From NCBI RefSeq assembly GCF_036321535.1, contig NC_087447.1, positions 50,408,001-50,472,000 of the forward strand: a stretch of 64,000 nt of DNA, in the 5' to 3' direction. The stretch's first letter is position 1. Each line of letters starts with the position of its first letter. This DNA is from Camelus dromedarius. Its lineage: Eukaryota. Made by a program: the position numbers and the translations under genes. Under the pieces are notes generated by a model. The model searched no databases, was not told the origin of the DNA, and worked only from the letters and a program-made list of their open reading frames with translations. Shown here piece after piece: positions 38,601-50,105 of this stretch.

Positions 38601-39953
38601 CCCCTGGAACTTGCCGGATGCTCGGATGACCCAGATGGCAGCTGTGTCTACATTGGGCTAAAAACAGGAATTTCTGCCTTGCTGGGGGTCTTGGCCAAGT
38701 GAGTAAACGCCCCTGTTTGCCAGGAAAAGGGGTCAGGGTGGGCTCCCGGCTGGGTCGGAGGCCCGCAGAACCCCGGGCTGAGCTCAGCCCATACTACTGC
38801 CTTGCCTTAGGCCTTCACAGAGCACCTACTGTGTGCCAAGGCATTGAGTCACATACCCTGTGGCCCGCCAGCCCCATCCATGAAATAGGCATTTAAAATT
38901 TAGCTGGGAGCAGGAACCTGGTGGTGAGAGGTCACAGCCCAGAGGAGAAGCTGGGCTGGAGAAATCTCCAGGATACTTGGGGGCTGCGGAGGCGGAGCTG
39001 GAACTCCTGGGAGAGGAGTTTGGCACGTGCAAAGGGGGCAGTGTCTGTGTGTCAGGCAGCTGAGAAGGGGAGATGGCGCCACATAAGCACCAGCACAAGG
39101 GGTTGCAAAGTTGGGGTTAGGGGGTGGGGGGGCCGGGGAGGGCCACTCCCCGCCTTCTAGACTCTTCCTCAGAGCCCCTCGCCTGTCTCCCACCCCCACC
39201 CCCGGTGAAGTGGCTCTTGGTCCCTCCCTCAGACCCCACAGCCTACACCCTCACCCTCCAACTCCCTTCCAGGAATCAAGAACGTTCTTCTTCTGGCCCC
39301 TCCTGGTTTTTCAAAGTTCAACCTTGAACTGCAGCCTGGCTGCTCGCTCTCAATTCTCCAGCCCCTGGAGACCTTCAGCCCTCTATCTGGGGAGGCTGCT
39401 GGGTGTCAGGGTAGCAGGGGCTGGACGTTCAGGAGGGACTGGGGCTGGAGACAGAGATGTGGGCATCGTCAGAGCAATGGGGTGGTGACAGCAACGAGGG
39501 TTATGACATTCCTGAGGGAAGGGTCCTAGTGATCACCAGAGGCCTTGAGGAGGGTAAGCACACAGTGGAGCCTGAAAAGGAGTGGGCTGAGAGGAAGGCA
39601 TCCAGGGTCCCTCCAGCAAGGGAGGGAGAGACAGCACTGCCTCTGAGATGGGACAGAGCGGGGAGCATAGAGAAAAGTGTGAGGACAGAGCTGCAGAGGA
39701 GGGAAGGGCGAGAACATGTTCCTGCTGGAAGCCACCATTTTCTCAGTGGTGGGTGGGGAGCAGGGTTTGTTGAGTGTGAGGGGACAGAGGTGTGCCATCT
39801 CCCACACAACAGTCCTCAGCCTGTATCCCCAGGGGTTTGCTTCAAAGACTGGAAGGGAAGCAGAGGAGAGCAGGGTTCAAGTGAATGCAATGATGCCTAT
39901 TACCGGCAGCAAGGAGGAGGCTGGCTGGCTGCGTTGTTTCTCCAAAATTATTT

Positions 39954-39959
39954 TTTAAT
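39954..39959 (-). terminator. LRRC32 polyadenylation signal ATTAAA
   Basis: The minus strand reads GAATGTATTAAAAAATAATTTTGG, with an abutting UGUA element. I saw no AATAAA between the stop codon and this site. Confidence 0.75.
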
Positions 39960-39966
39960 ACATTCA
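39959..39966 (-). promoter_or_regulatory. miR-181 family 8mer target site in the LRRC32 3'UTR
   Basis: The mRNA reads UGAAUGUA, complementary to seed ACAUUCA plus A1. Confidence 0.65.
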
Positions 39967-40038
39967 TGTGGGTTATATAAAGAGCTGATCCCGAGGCCTG
40001 GGCTGTGGCCTGGCTCCTGGGAGGTGACAGCAGCATTG

Positions 40039-40048
40039 TGTAGTGTTT
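40039..40048 (-). promoter_or_regulatory. miR-142-3p target site (8mer plus extension) in the LRRC32 3'UTR
   Basis: The mRNA reads AAACACUACA, the perfect complement of miR-142-3p nt 1-10 (UGUAGUGUUU). miR-142-3p regulation of GARP is reported in human T cells. Confidence 0.75.
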
Positions 40049-42133
40049 TCAAAGATCAGGCATGAAGGCACCCACATCTTGCCCTCCAGGCCTGAGGAAG
40101 AGTGTTTGTGTACAGTGAGCACCTGTGGTCACGATCCCAAACAGGACTGACCCACCCAGCTGCCCCACACGCCACCAGGGCCCCCGGCTGGGGCCAGGCC
40201 ACCAGGTTCTAGCCCTGACTGTGCCATTGACTCCCTGAGTCCTTGACCCTCTCAGGGCCTCAGTTTTCTCATCTGTCAAATGGGGTGGGGAGATGGGCAT
40301 TTTTATCATTTCACACTTTACCGAGCACCATTGAGAGCCTGACTGTGAGCCAAGCACAGGTAAGAGGGTGAAGACAGCACACACGGTCCCAGGCTGATCC
40401 CACAGCTCCTTTCTTCCCGGACAGCCCATGATTCTCTGGCTATGAGAGACAGGGCATTATATCTTGATGGGATTTTTTACCCATTTTTCTAGGAGAAAAA
40501 AATCCCTACATGATGAGGACCGCAAAGAGAGTTTGGAACCAGTGTTATCTTGTGATATGACAGCTGAGACAGAAGGGAACCACTCAGTTCCAGCCTCCAT
40601 TCCCCACCTCCATTCCCCACCTCCACCTGTCCTGCCCCCCCATCCCACCATGAGGCCCGAACCCACCTTTTTTCCCAAGCTCCGATGCTGACTTGTGCAG
40701 CTCTGAGCAAGTCCCATTCTCTCCTTAAGTCCCACTTTCTCTATATGTGCCATGGGAGGTTGGACTCAATGGTCTCAAACTCCAGGCTGTGCTCAATGGA
40801 GGGAGAGGGAAGGAAGGAATGCAAGAGAGAGAAGGGAAAAAGGAGAGTCCACCCAGTCTGCAAAGGAGGGAATAAAGGAAACTGAGGCAGAGAAGGAGGA
40901 GAGGTCTGCGGCTGCCCGTCTTCCCTCCGCCCACCTAGGAGAGCGGAGAGAGAGGAGCGGGTGGGCAGGCACAGCCCAGGAAGTTCCCAGGCCCCGTTCT
41001 GGCCATGTGGGATCACTTCCTGCCCACCCAACAGCCTGCAGTCCCTGCAGTGGCCAAGCTCATGCCCTGGACTCAAGAGGGTGTGAGTCTGAACCTCAGT
41101 TCTGGGATTTCTTAGCTGAGGGGGGTGGTCCCTGGAGGGAGACTTTTGGAGCCTCTTCTGAAAGTGGAATAAATACCAATCTCAGAGGGTTGTCATAAAG
41201 AGGCAGACACAGGCTTGGGTTTGTTACTGCTGCCAAGCCTGGAGCAAAATAGAACCAGATACCTAAGGTTCTAACTCCTGGCTCACCAGCCACGATGGTG
41301 CTGGGATGAAATCGGGGGCCTGGGCAGGGAGTGAGGGGCTAGGGCAGTATCTGGGCCAGTGTGTGCAACACGGGAGTGCCAGTTAGGGGAAGAGCCTGTC
41401 CAGAGCAAGAAAGGGAATGGTTCAGCCCTGGGCTGGCACCCAGGGAGACAGCCTCTTCACCAGGCCCTGCTGGAGCCAGCACAGCCCGCCTAATAGCGCT
41501 GGATGCAAGACGTACTCCAGTGGCTCCAGTTCTCTTCCGGTCACAAGCTCTTTATGTTCCAGAGAAGCTGAAAGTCATTATCAGAAGCTGTGACAAATAG
41601 TCTGCTTGGAAATGTCTCAGACAAATCCTCTCAGTTTAGCCCCTCCCTTGCCCTGACCGGGCTGGGGCAGGACCATCCACACTCAGTCAGCTTTGGCTGC
41701 AGGGCTTTGGAGCCCAGGCTTCCACACTCTGTGCGGTCACGGCACATTCGGTGACCACCTCCCCACCCAGACCAAGAGATGCTGAGGGCAGGGATGTGTC
41801 TTATTTCCTGGCATCCCCAGTGCCCAGGGCAGGGGCAGAACAAAACAGATGCCTGGTGAAGATTTGTGGATCCATGGGTCAACCTCACACTCCTAAAACT
41901 GCACAACTTCCGGCTTCCACAGCTGCACCACACGTGCAGCCGGGGAAGCAGGTTGCCTATCGGTACAGCAGGGTGCAGGAAAAGAAACCCTGGGCTGGGA
42001 GTTAGACACCAGGGTTCTCAGACCCTGGCTCAAACGTGTGACCTTGGATCAGTCCCCACCCCTCTCTGTGCCTCCGGCTCCCCCATGACCTAAAAGGGCC
42101 TCCCGGCTAAGCTGGTCTGCAGCCCCAGCCTCC

Positions 42134-44038
42134 CTAGGCTTTGTACTGTTGGTTGAACTTCTGCCGGCGGACACAGCAGCAGGTGGCCAGCGTGGCGAGA
42201 AGGATGGCAGACACCACTGCGAAGGTGAGGATGATGATGAGGTTGACGTTCTTGAGCCCCCCCTTCTCACAGTCCTCGGGACGCACGTGGCTCAGGGACA
42301 CCTTCTCCTGGGAGCCAAAGCGGCAGATCAGGTCCTGGGTGGCGTCCACGTCCACACGGCCCTGGTGCAGCTGGGCTGCCAGCCAGCCGTTGCCACAGCA
42401 GCTGAGTGGATTGCCCTGCAAGTAGAGGCGCCGGAGGCTGGTCTCCAGGCCGCCCATGGCACTGCCTGGCAGGAGGCTAAAGCTGTTGTTCCTCAGGTCC
42501 AGCACCTCCAGGGACACGGCCTGCGTCCAGGCAGGCAGGCGGCTCAGGCGGTTCTCGGCCAGATTGAGCCGCTTGAGGCAACTGAAGCAGGGCAGGTCCA
42601 CCTGCAGGACTGCCAGCCCATTGCCCTGCAGGGCCAGAACCTCCAAGGAGCCCTCCAGGCCCGCCAAGGCCCCCATGGCCACATCCAGCCCGGGGTTGGC
42701 AGAGAGGTCCAGCTCAGTAAGTGGCGTGTGGAGGAAGGCCCCTGCCCGGAGTGTCTCCATCTCGTTGTCCACCAGGTTCAGTATGCGGAGGGAGGAGAGG
42801 CCAGAGAAGGCCACACAGCCCAAGGGTCCGGGCTCACCTGGCCCCCCACAGGGGCTGAGCCGGTTCCCCTGCAGGTTGAGCCTCTGTAGGCTGGCCAGGC
42901 TGGCGAAGGTATACGCAGGCAGGTCCCGCAGGGCGTTGTCCTGTAGGAGAAGTGTCCGCAGAGAACCCAGGGCCCTGGTGCCCAGCTCCAGTGTCTCCAG
43001 CGCATTGTGGCTGACGTCCAGGAGCACCAGGCAGGGCAGGGAGCCCGTGTGCCGGGCCTCAAAGGCCCGCAAGCAGTTTCGGCTGAGGTTCAGGAAGCGC
43101 AGGGAGGTCAGGTGCTCAAGAAAGCCCTCAGGGACAAGCTCAATCTCATTGTGGCTCAAATCCAGATTAAGGAGCTGGGAGAGGGGCTGGGTGCTGGCGT
43201 TTCGGCTGGGGCTGGAGAATGGTAAGGCCGACCAGCCCTCGGAAGGAGCTTGGATGCTCTCGCCGCTGGGGGGCGGCTCCGCAGGCAGCCGGATGAGGTT
43301 GTTGGACACATTCAGGTAAATGAGTCTCGGGAGTGCGGCCAGGTCGGGGAAGTAGAGCAGTTTGTTCTCCCGCAAGTCGAGCCAGGCCAGCTGGTACTCA
43401 GCCTGGGGCTCCTGGGCCGTCTGAAAGGCCTCGATACTGTTGCAGCTCAGGTCAAGTACCTGCAGCTGCTGGAGGCTGAAGTCGGAGATGCAGGTGAGGG
43501 AGTTCCTGGAGAGATTGAGGTGCACCAGGTGGGGCAGGGCCTCGAAGGCGCCGTCCTCGATGTCCATCAGCACGTTGCTGTGAAGGTCCAGCCGCTCGAG
43601 CGCGGGCGTGCCCCAGAAGGTGTGGCGGGCCAGGCGTGTCAGGCTGTTCTCCGCCAGCGAGAGGGTGCGCAGGGCGGGTGCCTCCCCCAGCAGTCGCTCC
43701 ACCAGGCCGCTGTACAAGCTGTTCCCAGACAGGTCCAGGGATGTCACATGCGGCAGGGAACCCAGACCTGCAGTGCTCAGTGCGGTGCCCACCGCCAGGC
43801 GGTTGTGGGCCAGGTTGAGGTGCTCCAGGTGGGGCAGGACCTGGAAGACCCCCGGCTGGAGGAAGCTGATCTCGTTGGCACTCAGGTCCAGGTGACGAAG
43901 CACCGTGTAGAAGCCCAGGGGTGAGGCCAGGATGCTCCGCAACTGGTTCCCAGATAGGTCTAGGACCTCGATGTCCCGAGGAAGCACTGAGGGGACCTGG
44001 AGCAGGCCAAGGCCCTGGCACAAGACCTCCTTGTCCAC
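42134..44038 (-). CDS. LRRC32: LRRC32/GARP coding exon 3 (aa 30-663): LRR ectodomain, LRR-CT, transmembrane helix and short cytoplasmic tail
   Basis: The ORF translates to [20 protein letters not shown]...~20 LxxLxLxxN repeats...[12 protein letters not shown]...DLICRF...[41 protein letters not shown], colinear with human GARP as I recall it. The acceptor (pyrimidine tract ...cccggccccAG, AG at 44040-44039) precedes GTG GAC AAG. TAG stop at 42136-42134. 1905 nt = 634 codons plus stop, phase 0. Confidence 0.98.
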   Translation of the reverse strand: MDKEVLCQGLGLLQVPSVLPRDIEVLDLSGNQLRSILASPLGFYTVLRHLDLSANEISFLQPGVFQVLPHLEHLNLAHNRLAVGTALSTAGLGSLPHVTSLDLSGNSLYSGLVERLLGEAPALRTLSLAENSLTRLARHTFWGTPALERLDLHSNVLMDIEDGAFEALPHLVHLNLSRNSLTCISDFSLQQLQVLDLSCNSIEAFQTAQEPQAEYQLAWLDLRENKLLYFPDLAALPRLIYLNVSNNLIRLPAEPPPSGESIQAPSEGWSALPFSSPSRNASTQPLSQLLNLDLSHNEIELVPEGFLEHLTSLRFLNLSRNCLRAFEARHTGSLPCLVLLDVSHNALETLELGTRALGSLRTLLLQDNALRDLPAYTFASLASLQRLNLQGNRLSPCGGPGEPGPLGCVAFSGLSSLRILNLVDNEMETLRAGAFLHTPLTELDLSANPGLDVAMGALAGLEGSLEVLALQGNGLAVLQVDLPCFSCLKRLNLAENRLSRLPAWTQAVSLEVLDLRNNSFSLLPGSAMGGLETSLRRLYLQGNPLSCCGNGWLAAQLHQGRVDVDATQDLICRFGSQEKVSLSHVRPEDCEKGGLKNVNLIIILTFAVVSAILLATLATCCCVRRQKFNQQYKA

Positions 44039-47000
44039 CTGGGGCCGGGGGAAGGGGGTAGAACAGCGGACATTAGTGGGTGCAGTAGGAGGTGGAACCA
44101 GACACGTGTCTTGAGGAAGGATAACTTCAGCCCCCACCAGGCCTGGAGAGGCCTCTCCTTTGTGCCCCAGCATGCTCGACGTTCCTCCATCCAGCGTGAT
44201 CACCCCATGTTGGGGTGACCCCTACCCTGCTCTTGGTCCTGACTGTGGTACCCAGTACAGTGCTGGCAACAGGGAGGGACTCAAGGAAGCTTTGATGGGT
44301 GGACAGACAGACAGATGACAACAGAAAAAACAAATGAACTAACAAAATACTCTGTACTGATGATTATCTCATTTTACAGGAAACTAAGCCATGTATCACC
44401 TAGAGTGACCCAGAGCCAGTGAGCAGCAGGGCCCAGCTGGGACCCAGGCCTCCTGGTTCCCAATTCCGAGTTCCTTTCATGGATGCAGAGAATTAAATTT
44501 ACCTAGCTGGTGTCAGACTGGAAACCGCTTTAGGAAAAATGTTTCCAAGAGGGAAAAATGCTATTTGCACTCCAGTCCTCAGTTTTAATTTTGGCCTCCA
44601 ACCCTCAGATCTCATTCAAGCCCTTACTCTATGGGGCAGAGCTCTGGGTCCCAGAGCCTGCCTTCCTCACTGATGCTCCCCAGATGTGACCTCCTTTCTG
44701 CTGCTGCTACCCACCCCCACCACTGTCAGTGGCTTCACCTCCTGTGGCCCAGTCCCAGTGGGCCCCTGGAGATGGGGGAGGAGGAGGGAGCGGAGAAAAA
44801 GATGACCAGAGTCCCTACACACTTTCTTTGATGACAAGACTGATTTTACTGTGTGAGCCCAGTCACTGTACAAGTCACTTTACGGCTCTGGATTCAGAAA
44901 GTAACTCAGCTCTCCCCAGTGCCCATTCAGCATTTCACATTTTATTTAGCATTTTCAGACCCATGGTCTCACTGGATCTTCACAGCAGCCTGCCCATCGA
45001 ATATGATCATCCCTATTTAAGAAACCCACATTCAGAGAGGGTAGGGAAGGCCCCAGGATCACCCACCTGGTGAGGAGCAGAGCTGGCTTTTGAACCCCAG
45101 TCTTTTAATAATCAAAGGCCCGGCTCTTGTCCCTCTACCACATGTGCCTTCAGGGGCCAGAATTCTTTCCATGCAAATGCAGTCTCCCGCTGCCTTTTCC
45201 GGCACAGCAGGAACCTCAGCCTTTCCCAGGGTCTGACTTCCATAACCACCCAGCTCAGGCCCACTCCTGCCCTGGCATCTCTGTCTCCACTGACCCCTTC
45301 TGACTCAACCACCAGCCAAATGCCTGGCAACTGCTCAAAAACTCCACTCTGACCATGCTGCCCTCAGCTTAAACCCTTTCAGGGAGAAGTCCAGGACCCT
45401 CAGCAGAGCTGAAGACTATTTGCAGCCTCTGCTGACCTGTCCCCCCTCCTCCCAACCCACTCCAGCCCAGCCACACAGAGTGACCACACCTGAACACTGC
45501 TCACTGTGCCCTCCCACACCACCTCTGGGCCTCCTCCTTGCTGTTCCCTGTGCTGGTTATGCCCTTCCCAACCAGTTCAGCATGGTGAACTCTGTGCTGA
45601 GCTCTAAGGTCTCCTCCAGCTGGGACACTTCCCTGATTGCCGGGCAGGTCAGGGCCCCCTCTGGGCTCTCACAGCCCCTGTGCTTCTTCTCTCATAGCTT
45701 TAGCCCCCTGAATTGTGACTGTCTGTGTGGGGACCTGCTAGACAGTGAGCTCAGGGCAAACAAGGATGGGATTGACTGAGTGGATGCCTCAGACCCTGCC
45801 CACAAAAAGAGCTCCATATATTTTTTTAATGAATGAGAGTCACAGACATCATCAACTTAGTAAAGGTCTGAGGGACTGGCCTAGTCACCCTTCTGAAAGA
45901 AAAGCAAAGCCCTAATTCAGACTAGAGTCAAAGACTGTGAGAGCAAAAAGGGTCCCGCCCACCTACCTCCCAGATGGAGAGCCAGAGCCTGAAGACAGTA
46001 ATGAGCCACACAAGGTCACAGGGAGTCAGTGGCTGACTGACAGGGCAGAACACCAGTCCGGGTGTTCTCTGCCTGGCTTAGCTCTTGGCTTCCTCCCAAG
46101 AGCCCCAAGGTAAGGAGGAGGGAGGAGCCTACTGCCCTCCATCAGGCATGCGTGACTCTTCCAACTCCACGCAGCGCAGTGACTGGCCCTACTCAGAGGC
46201 CCGGGGATACCCCTGCAGTTGGGCACCTGTGCAAATTGGAATCCTACCCCGGCCATCTTTGCCACACCTGCCTGACCCCTTGCCCCTTCCTCCCTCACAA
46301 CCTCTCTGCCAGATAGGGCCACTGGGCATAGCATCTCCATTCATATCCTCAGCTCCCTGGACTCTCCTGATTAAATGAAAGGAGCACAATGATGGTCACT
46401 ACGTGGGGAGCACCAGCTCAAGTCAGGCTTGTGCCGTGGGCACAGATCCCTTGCCTCATTGAATCTTTCTGAGCATTATATACCCCACGGTACCCTCTAA
46501 GGAAACTTGAGGATCGGGGGTGGCCACCCCAAATCAGATGGTCAGAAGCTCAAAGCTACAATTGTGAATGCCTTTCCCTATTGGTGCTGGCCGAGTTCTG
46601 ACCACCAGGCTCTCAGCTGCTCAAATGCCCAGGCTGATTCCTTCCACCCAGTAAATAATGCCAGCCACCATTTCCTGAGCATCTACTGTGTTGTGGGGGG
46701 TGTCTTATCCCCCATTCAAGTCCACACCCCGTTTCACCTCTGGATACTCAAAGGCTCCCTGGGGCACCAGGCACCAGCCCTCAACAGCTGAGCCAGGACA
46801 CTAAGCTGACAAAGCCCAGGGCCTTGTCTTGCTTCCTGCCCAGGGCCCAGGACCCCTGTCACCGAGGCTCAGAGGGGGCTGCTGTGAGGCAGGGCTGCAA
46901 CATCCAGTCTAGGAAGGAGCCTGAAGGCCAAGGCAGCTCTCAGAACCCCATTTGTAGGGCACCCACTGCTCCCTGAGCTCCGAGACCCCAGCATGAATGA

Positions 47001-48662
47001 CTTATGTGGGGAGGGGTCTTGGGGGCATCAGCCCTCAGCCAAGTTCAGCGCTTCTCCTGTGGACCCCCTACCCAGCCTCTCTGGGATGCCAGGGTGCCAC
47101 TGCTCAGCTTTTGTTTTGTTTTGTTTTAGGAGGGAAGAGGACTTTCCACCAACACCATTTGACCACCTGAACATAGAAGGGAAGCAGGGTAGGAAGGGTC
47201 GCTGGCAGTGGAGAACATGAGCCTGGGAGAGCGGGGCTCGAATCCTGCCTCTGTTACTTCCTATCAGTATGGCCCTTGTGGGTCACATCTCTTCCCTCAG
47301 TCTCACTTTCCTCAGATGAAAAGAGTAGTTCTGGGGAGATAAGACAAGAGAAACCACTTAGCCTGATGCAGGCCCCTTGTGAGCCCTCAGCACGTGGCAA
47401 TTTCTTTTTACTATTTTGAAAAGCATCACAACTGCTTCCACAGAAGTTCAGAAAGTGGGCTCCTGCCTGTTATCTCATTTGCCCCACATCCAAAGCTCAC
47501 CCAGTTCCGCCTGCCTGTTATGGCCCAAGCCCTTCACCTCTCTGAGCTTGTCGCCCCAGGTAGAACGTGGGGTTGCACTTGGTGACATCCGAGGCCTTTT
47601 CTGCCTGTTATCCTGGGTTCTGGGACTCTCAGAAGGGCTCTGAGGAGCAAGAAGTGAGTTGGCAACAGCAGGACACTGGAAACCGCAGGGAAGGGCTGCA
47701 GCGCCCTGGGTACCAGCACATTCAGCCTCCAAAAGCAGATGCCCATCCTGTGTCATGAGTTTCCAGTCCCAGGTCCAAGTGGGGCTGCTGGAGGGCCCGT
47801 CCCTTCCCTAGCTAGTGCTCTTGCCTTGACCTCAGTGACTGCCCAGCTTTACAAGTGGATCTAGGTGGTCCATTTTCTCTGGACCCCACAAGGTCACAGT
47901 AACCTCACAGCTAGTCTTCCTGACTCCAGGCAGGAAAAATGAACAAAGTGAATCAAATGTGGTCATTGCCCTTGAGAAACTCTTGGTCTGGGAGCTGAGA
48001 CAGACGTGGATCCATTCACCAACTACCCCATGTACTCAATGTTGAGATGGAGGGAAACTTAGGGCTGTGGGAACCCAGAAAAGGGAGCAAACAGAACTAG
48101 GTCAGCCTGGGAGGGGTCAGGAAAGGCTTCTTGGAAGAGGCAGCATTTGACCTGGGTAGTAATAAGTAAGAGGCATCACGGCAGGCATGTGGCAGACAGG
48201 CCCAAGTTAAGGAGCCCAGTTAGGGAAGGGGATTTGTCCTCAGGAGGGACCCAGTACAGAATACCCTTTCCCAGCTGCCCCTCTCCCCACCAAATTCCCA
48301 ACACATACACATATACTTCATCACCCAGCTGGATCCACCGCCATGTAGGGGCAACTTGAGGGAATAGAGTCCAGTACTGGCCCTAGTTGAATGGCCTTGG
48401 ACAAGTTACCTAACTTCTCCAAGCCTCAGTTTCCAATTCTATAAGGTAGGAATAATGGTACTTACCTGGCAGGGTTAATAGTAAACAAGGCACTTAAACA
48501 TACTAGTAGGTACTCATCAAATGCAAGGTTTAAAGGCATTAAATGCATTCCCTTTCCTCTCCTGACCCCTCTGGCTTCTGGCTTCTGAGGCGGGGCAGTA
48601 GGACACCCTAGGGTTTGGGGAAACAGACAGGGAGATCTCCCTGCCTGGGCAAAGCTCCTTAC

Positions 48663-48749
48663 CTTCTTACAGGGTACCTTGTCTCTGTGTTGGGAGGTAG
48701 CCAGGCCCAGGGTCAGCACGGCCAGGAGCAGCAGGATCTGGTGGCTCAT
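48663..48749 (-). CDS. LRRC32: LRRC32/GARP coding exon 2 (signal peptide, aa 1-29)
   Basis: MSHQILLLLAVLTLGLATSQHRDKVPCKK is a hydrophobic signal peptide in Kozak context GCCATGA. The acceptor ctgcAG at 48755-48754 leaves 4 nt of UTR (exon starts at 48753). Donor AAG|GTAAGG at 48662. 87 nt, phase 0, joining exon 3 in frame. Confidence 0.96.
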
Positions 48750-49739
48750 GGCTCTGCAGAGGGCAGGAGGGAAGGGGAACACTAAGACCGCAGGCTCCTT
48801 CCCACCACTGGCCCCCACCACTCCCTCCTGTCTGCACCTGCCCACGGGGAACCTATACCACAGCTATAGTTGCACCAAAGGTGCCCTGAATGGGGAATCT
48901 TGTGAAGTGGGTGGGAAATGGGGCTGCAGCCCATCCCAAAGGGACCACCAGTGCCAGGCCAAGGAGCTAGACCATTACCCTGGACAAGAGTTTTGTCAGA
49001 TTTGGGTTTCAGAAGACCCACCTAGTGGAAGACAGCCGGGAGGGGTTAGAGGGAGCAGAGGGACCCTAAGGGATGCCCTTGGCTAATCTCAGGGCTGGGG
49101 TGAGGTGGGGGAGCTAGACCTCCGACTCCATTTCTACCCAGGGCACAAGCAGGTCCCCCATCCTAGCTCTTCAACCCCCAAGTGGAATTTCTAAATCCCC
49201 CACCCCACAGCAGACTTTTATTTTGCCCTTTTTTCTTTTGATTTTCTGATTCTCAAGTCCTTGCCATTGTTTGAAGGCTGGGCCTGGAGCCTTGACAGGA
49301 AGCCCCACCGGAGGCCTGCCCTGCCCCCAGCACTGTGGCCGTGGACTTCCCCAGGAACAGGCTGCCATGCCCTTAACTTTCACTGAAGCCACCGCCCGCG
49401 CAGTGGGACACCCAGGCCTGCTGGGCCAGACCTTCTGTCAATGAGCAGCCGGGGTGAGGTTGAGGGGGACCACAAAGCTCTCAGCAGGGCCATATTCTAC
49501 TGCTGCTAGGGGCTCATTCACTGAGAACCTGGGCCAAGTGCTAGGAATACACAGCTCAATATATCATTTCATTCATTCACACCTCTACTGAATGCCTCCT
49601 GAGATCTGTTTCTGTGCTGGGAACTGGGGACAAAAATAAAGGCATAGAAGTGACCAGAATACATACAGAACATTAAAAAGGAGAGACACATAAAGCCATC
49701 CAAGATCACTGTACTCAGAGTCACCCACACTGGACTGCT

Positions 49740-50105
49740 TCCTCTATCTCCCCCACTTACCTGCTATGTGACTTTGTACAAGTCACTTCACCTCTCTGAG
49801 CCCCAGTTTCCTTTTCTGAGGTTAATGCCAACCTTGTCAAGTTTTGTTAAAGATCAAATGAGACATTCTATGAAAGTACCACTTGCCCTCATGATGCATC
49901 AGGCCCTCTTCTCAACACTTTATATGTATCAACTCATTTAATCCTTACAATAACCCAACAATCTGAGTCCATGATTACCATTCCCATTTTGCAGATAGGA
50001 AAACTGTGGCTCAGAGAAATCAAATAAGATGCCAAAGGTCACACAGCTAACAAGTGGCAGGCCCCAAAAGTCTGACTCCTAGGTCTCTGCCATTAATCTC
50101 TACAC
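49740..50105. mobile_element. Two oppositely oriented MIRs in LRRC32 intron 1
   Basis: Plus-strand core at 49750-49875 (tgtgactttgtacaagtcacttcacctctctgagccccagtttcc) and minus-strand core at 49900-50105 (cccattttgcagataggaaaactgtggctcagaga). Confidence 0.7.

Larger units (their letters stand above)
39935..42133 (-). other. LRRC32: LRRC32 3'UTR (~2.2 kb)
   Basis: Runs from the stop codon to the first poly(A) hexamer I found on the minus strand. It contains MIR/L2 remnants and distal miRNA seed matches. Confidence 0.8.

Noticed and set aside
42141..44021. Long antisense or alternative-frame ORFs (246, 287, 224 and 189 aa) over LRRC32 exon 3
   Set aside because: Expected shadows of a GC-rich, CTG-rich coding exon; no recognisable domains.
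44039..44203. N-terminal 55 aa (MITLDGG...PRPQ) of the 689-aa ORF
   Set aside because: Intron 2 sequence that happens to be open. It has no signal peptide, and a proper acceptor plus exon 2 explain the real N-terminus.
48128..48136. Isolated GAS motifs (TTCTTGGAA here; also near 22248, 22773 and 55152)
   Set aside because: Single motifs of this type are expected many times in 64 kb, and several lie in or beside L1/L2/MIR remnants.
48462..48845. 127-aa ORF spanning exon 2
   Set aside because: Only the 29-aa core between the splice sites is genuine; the flanks are intronic.
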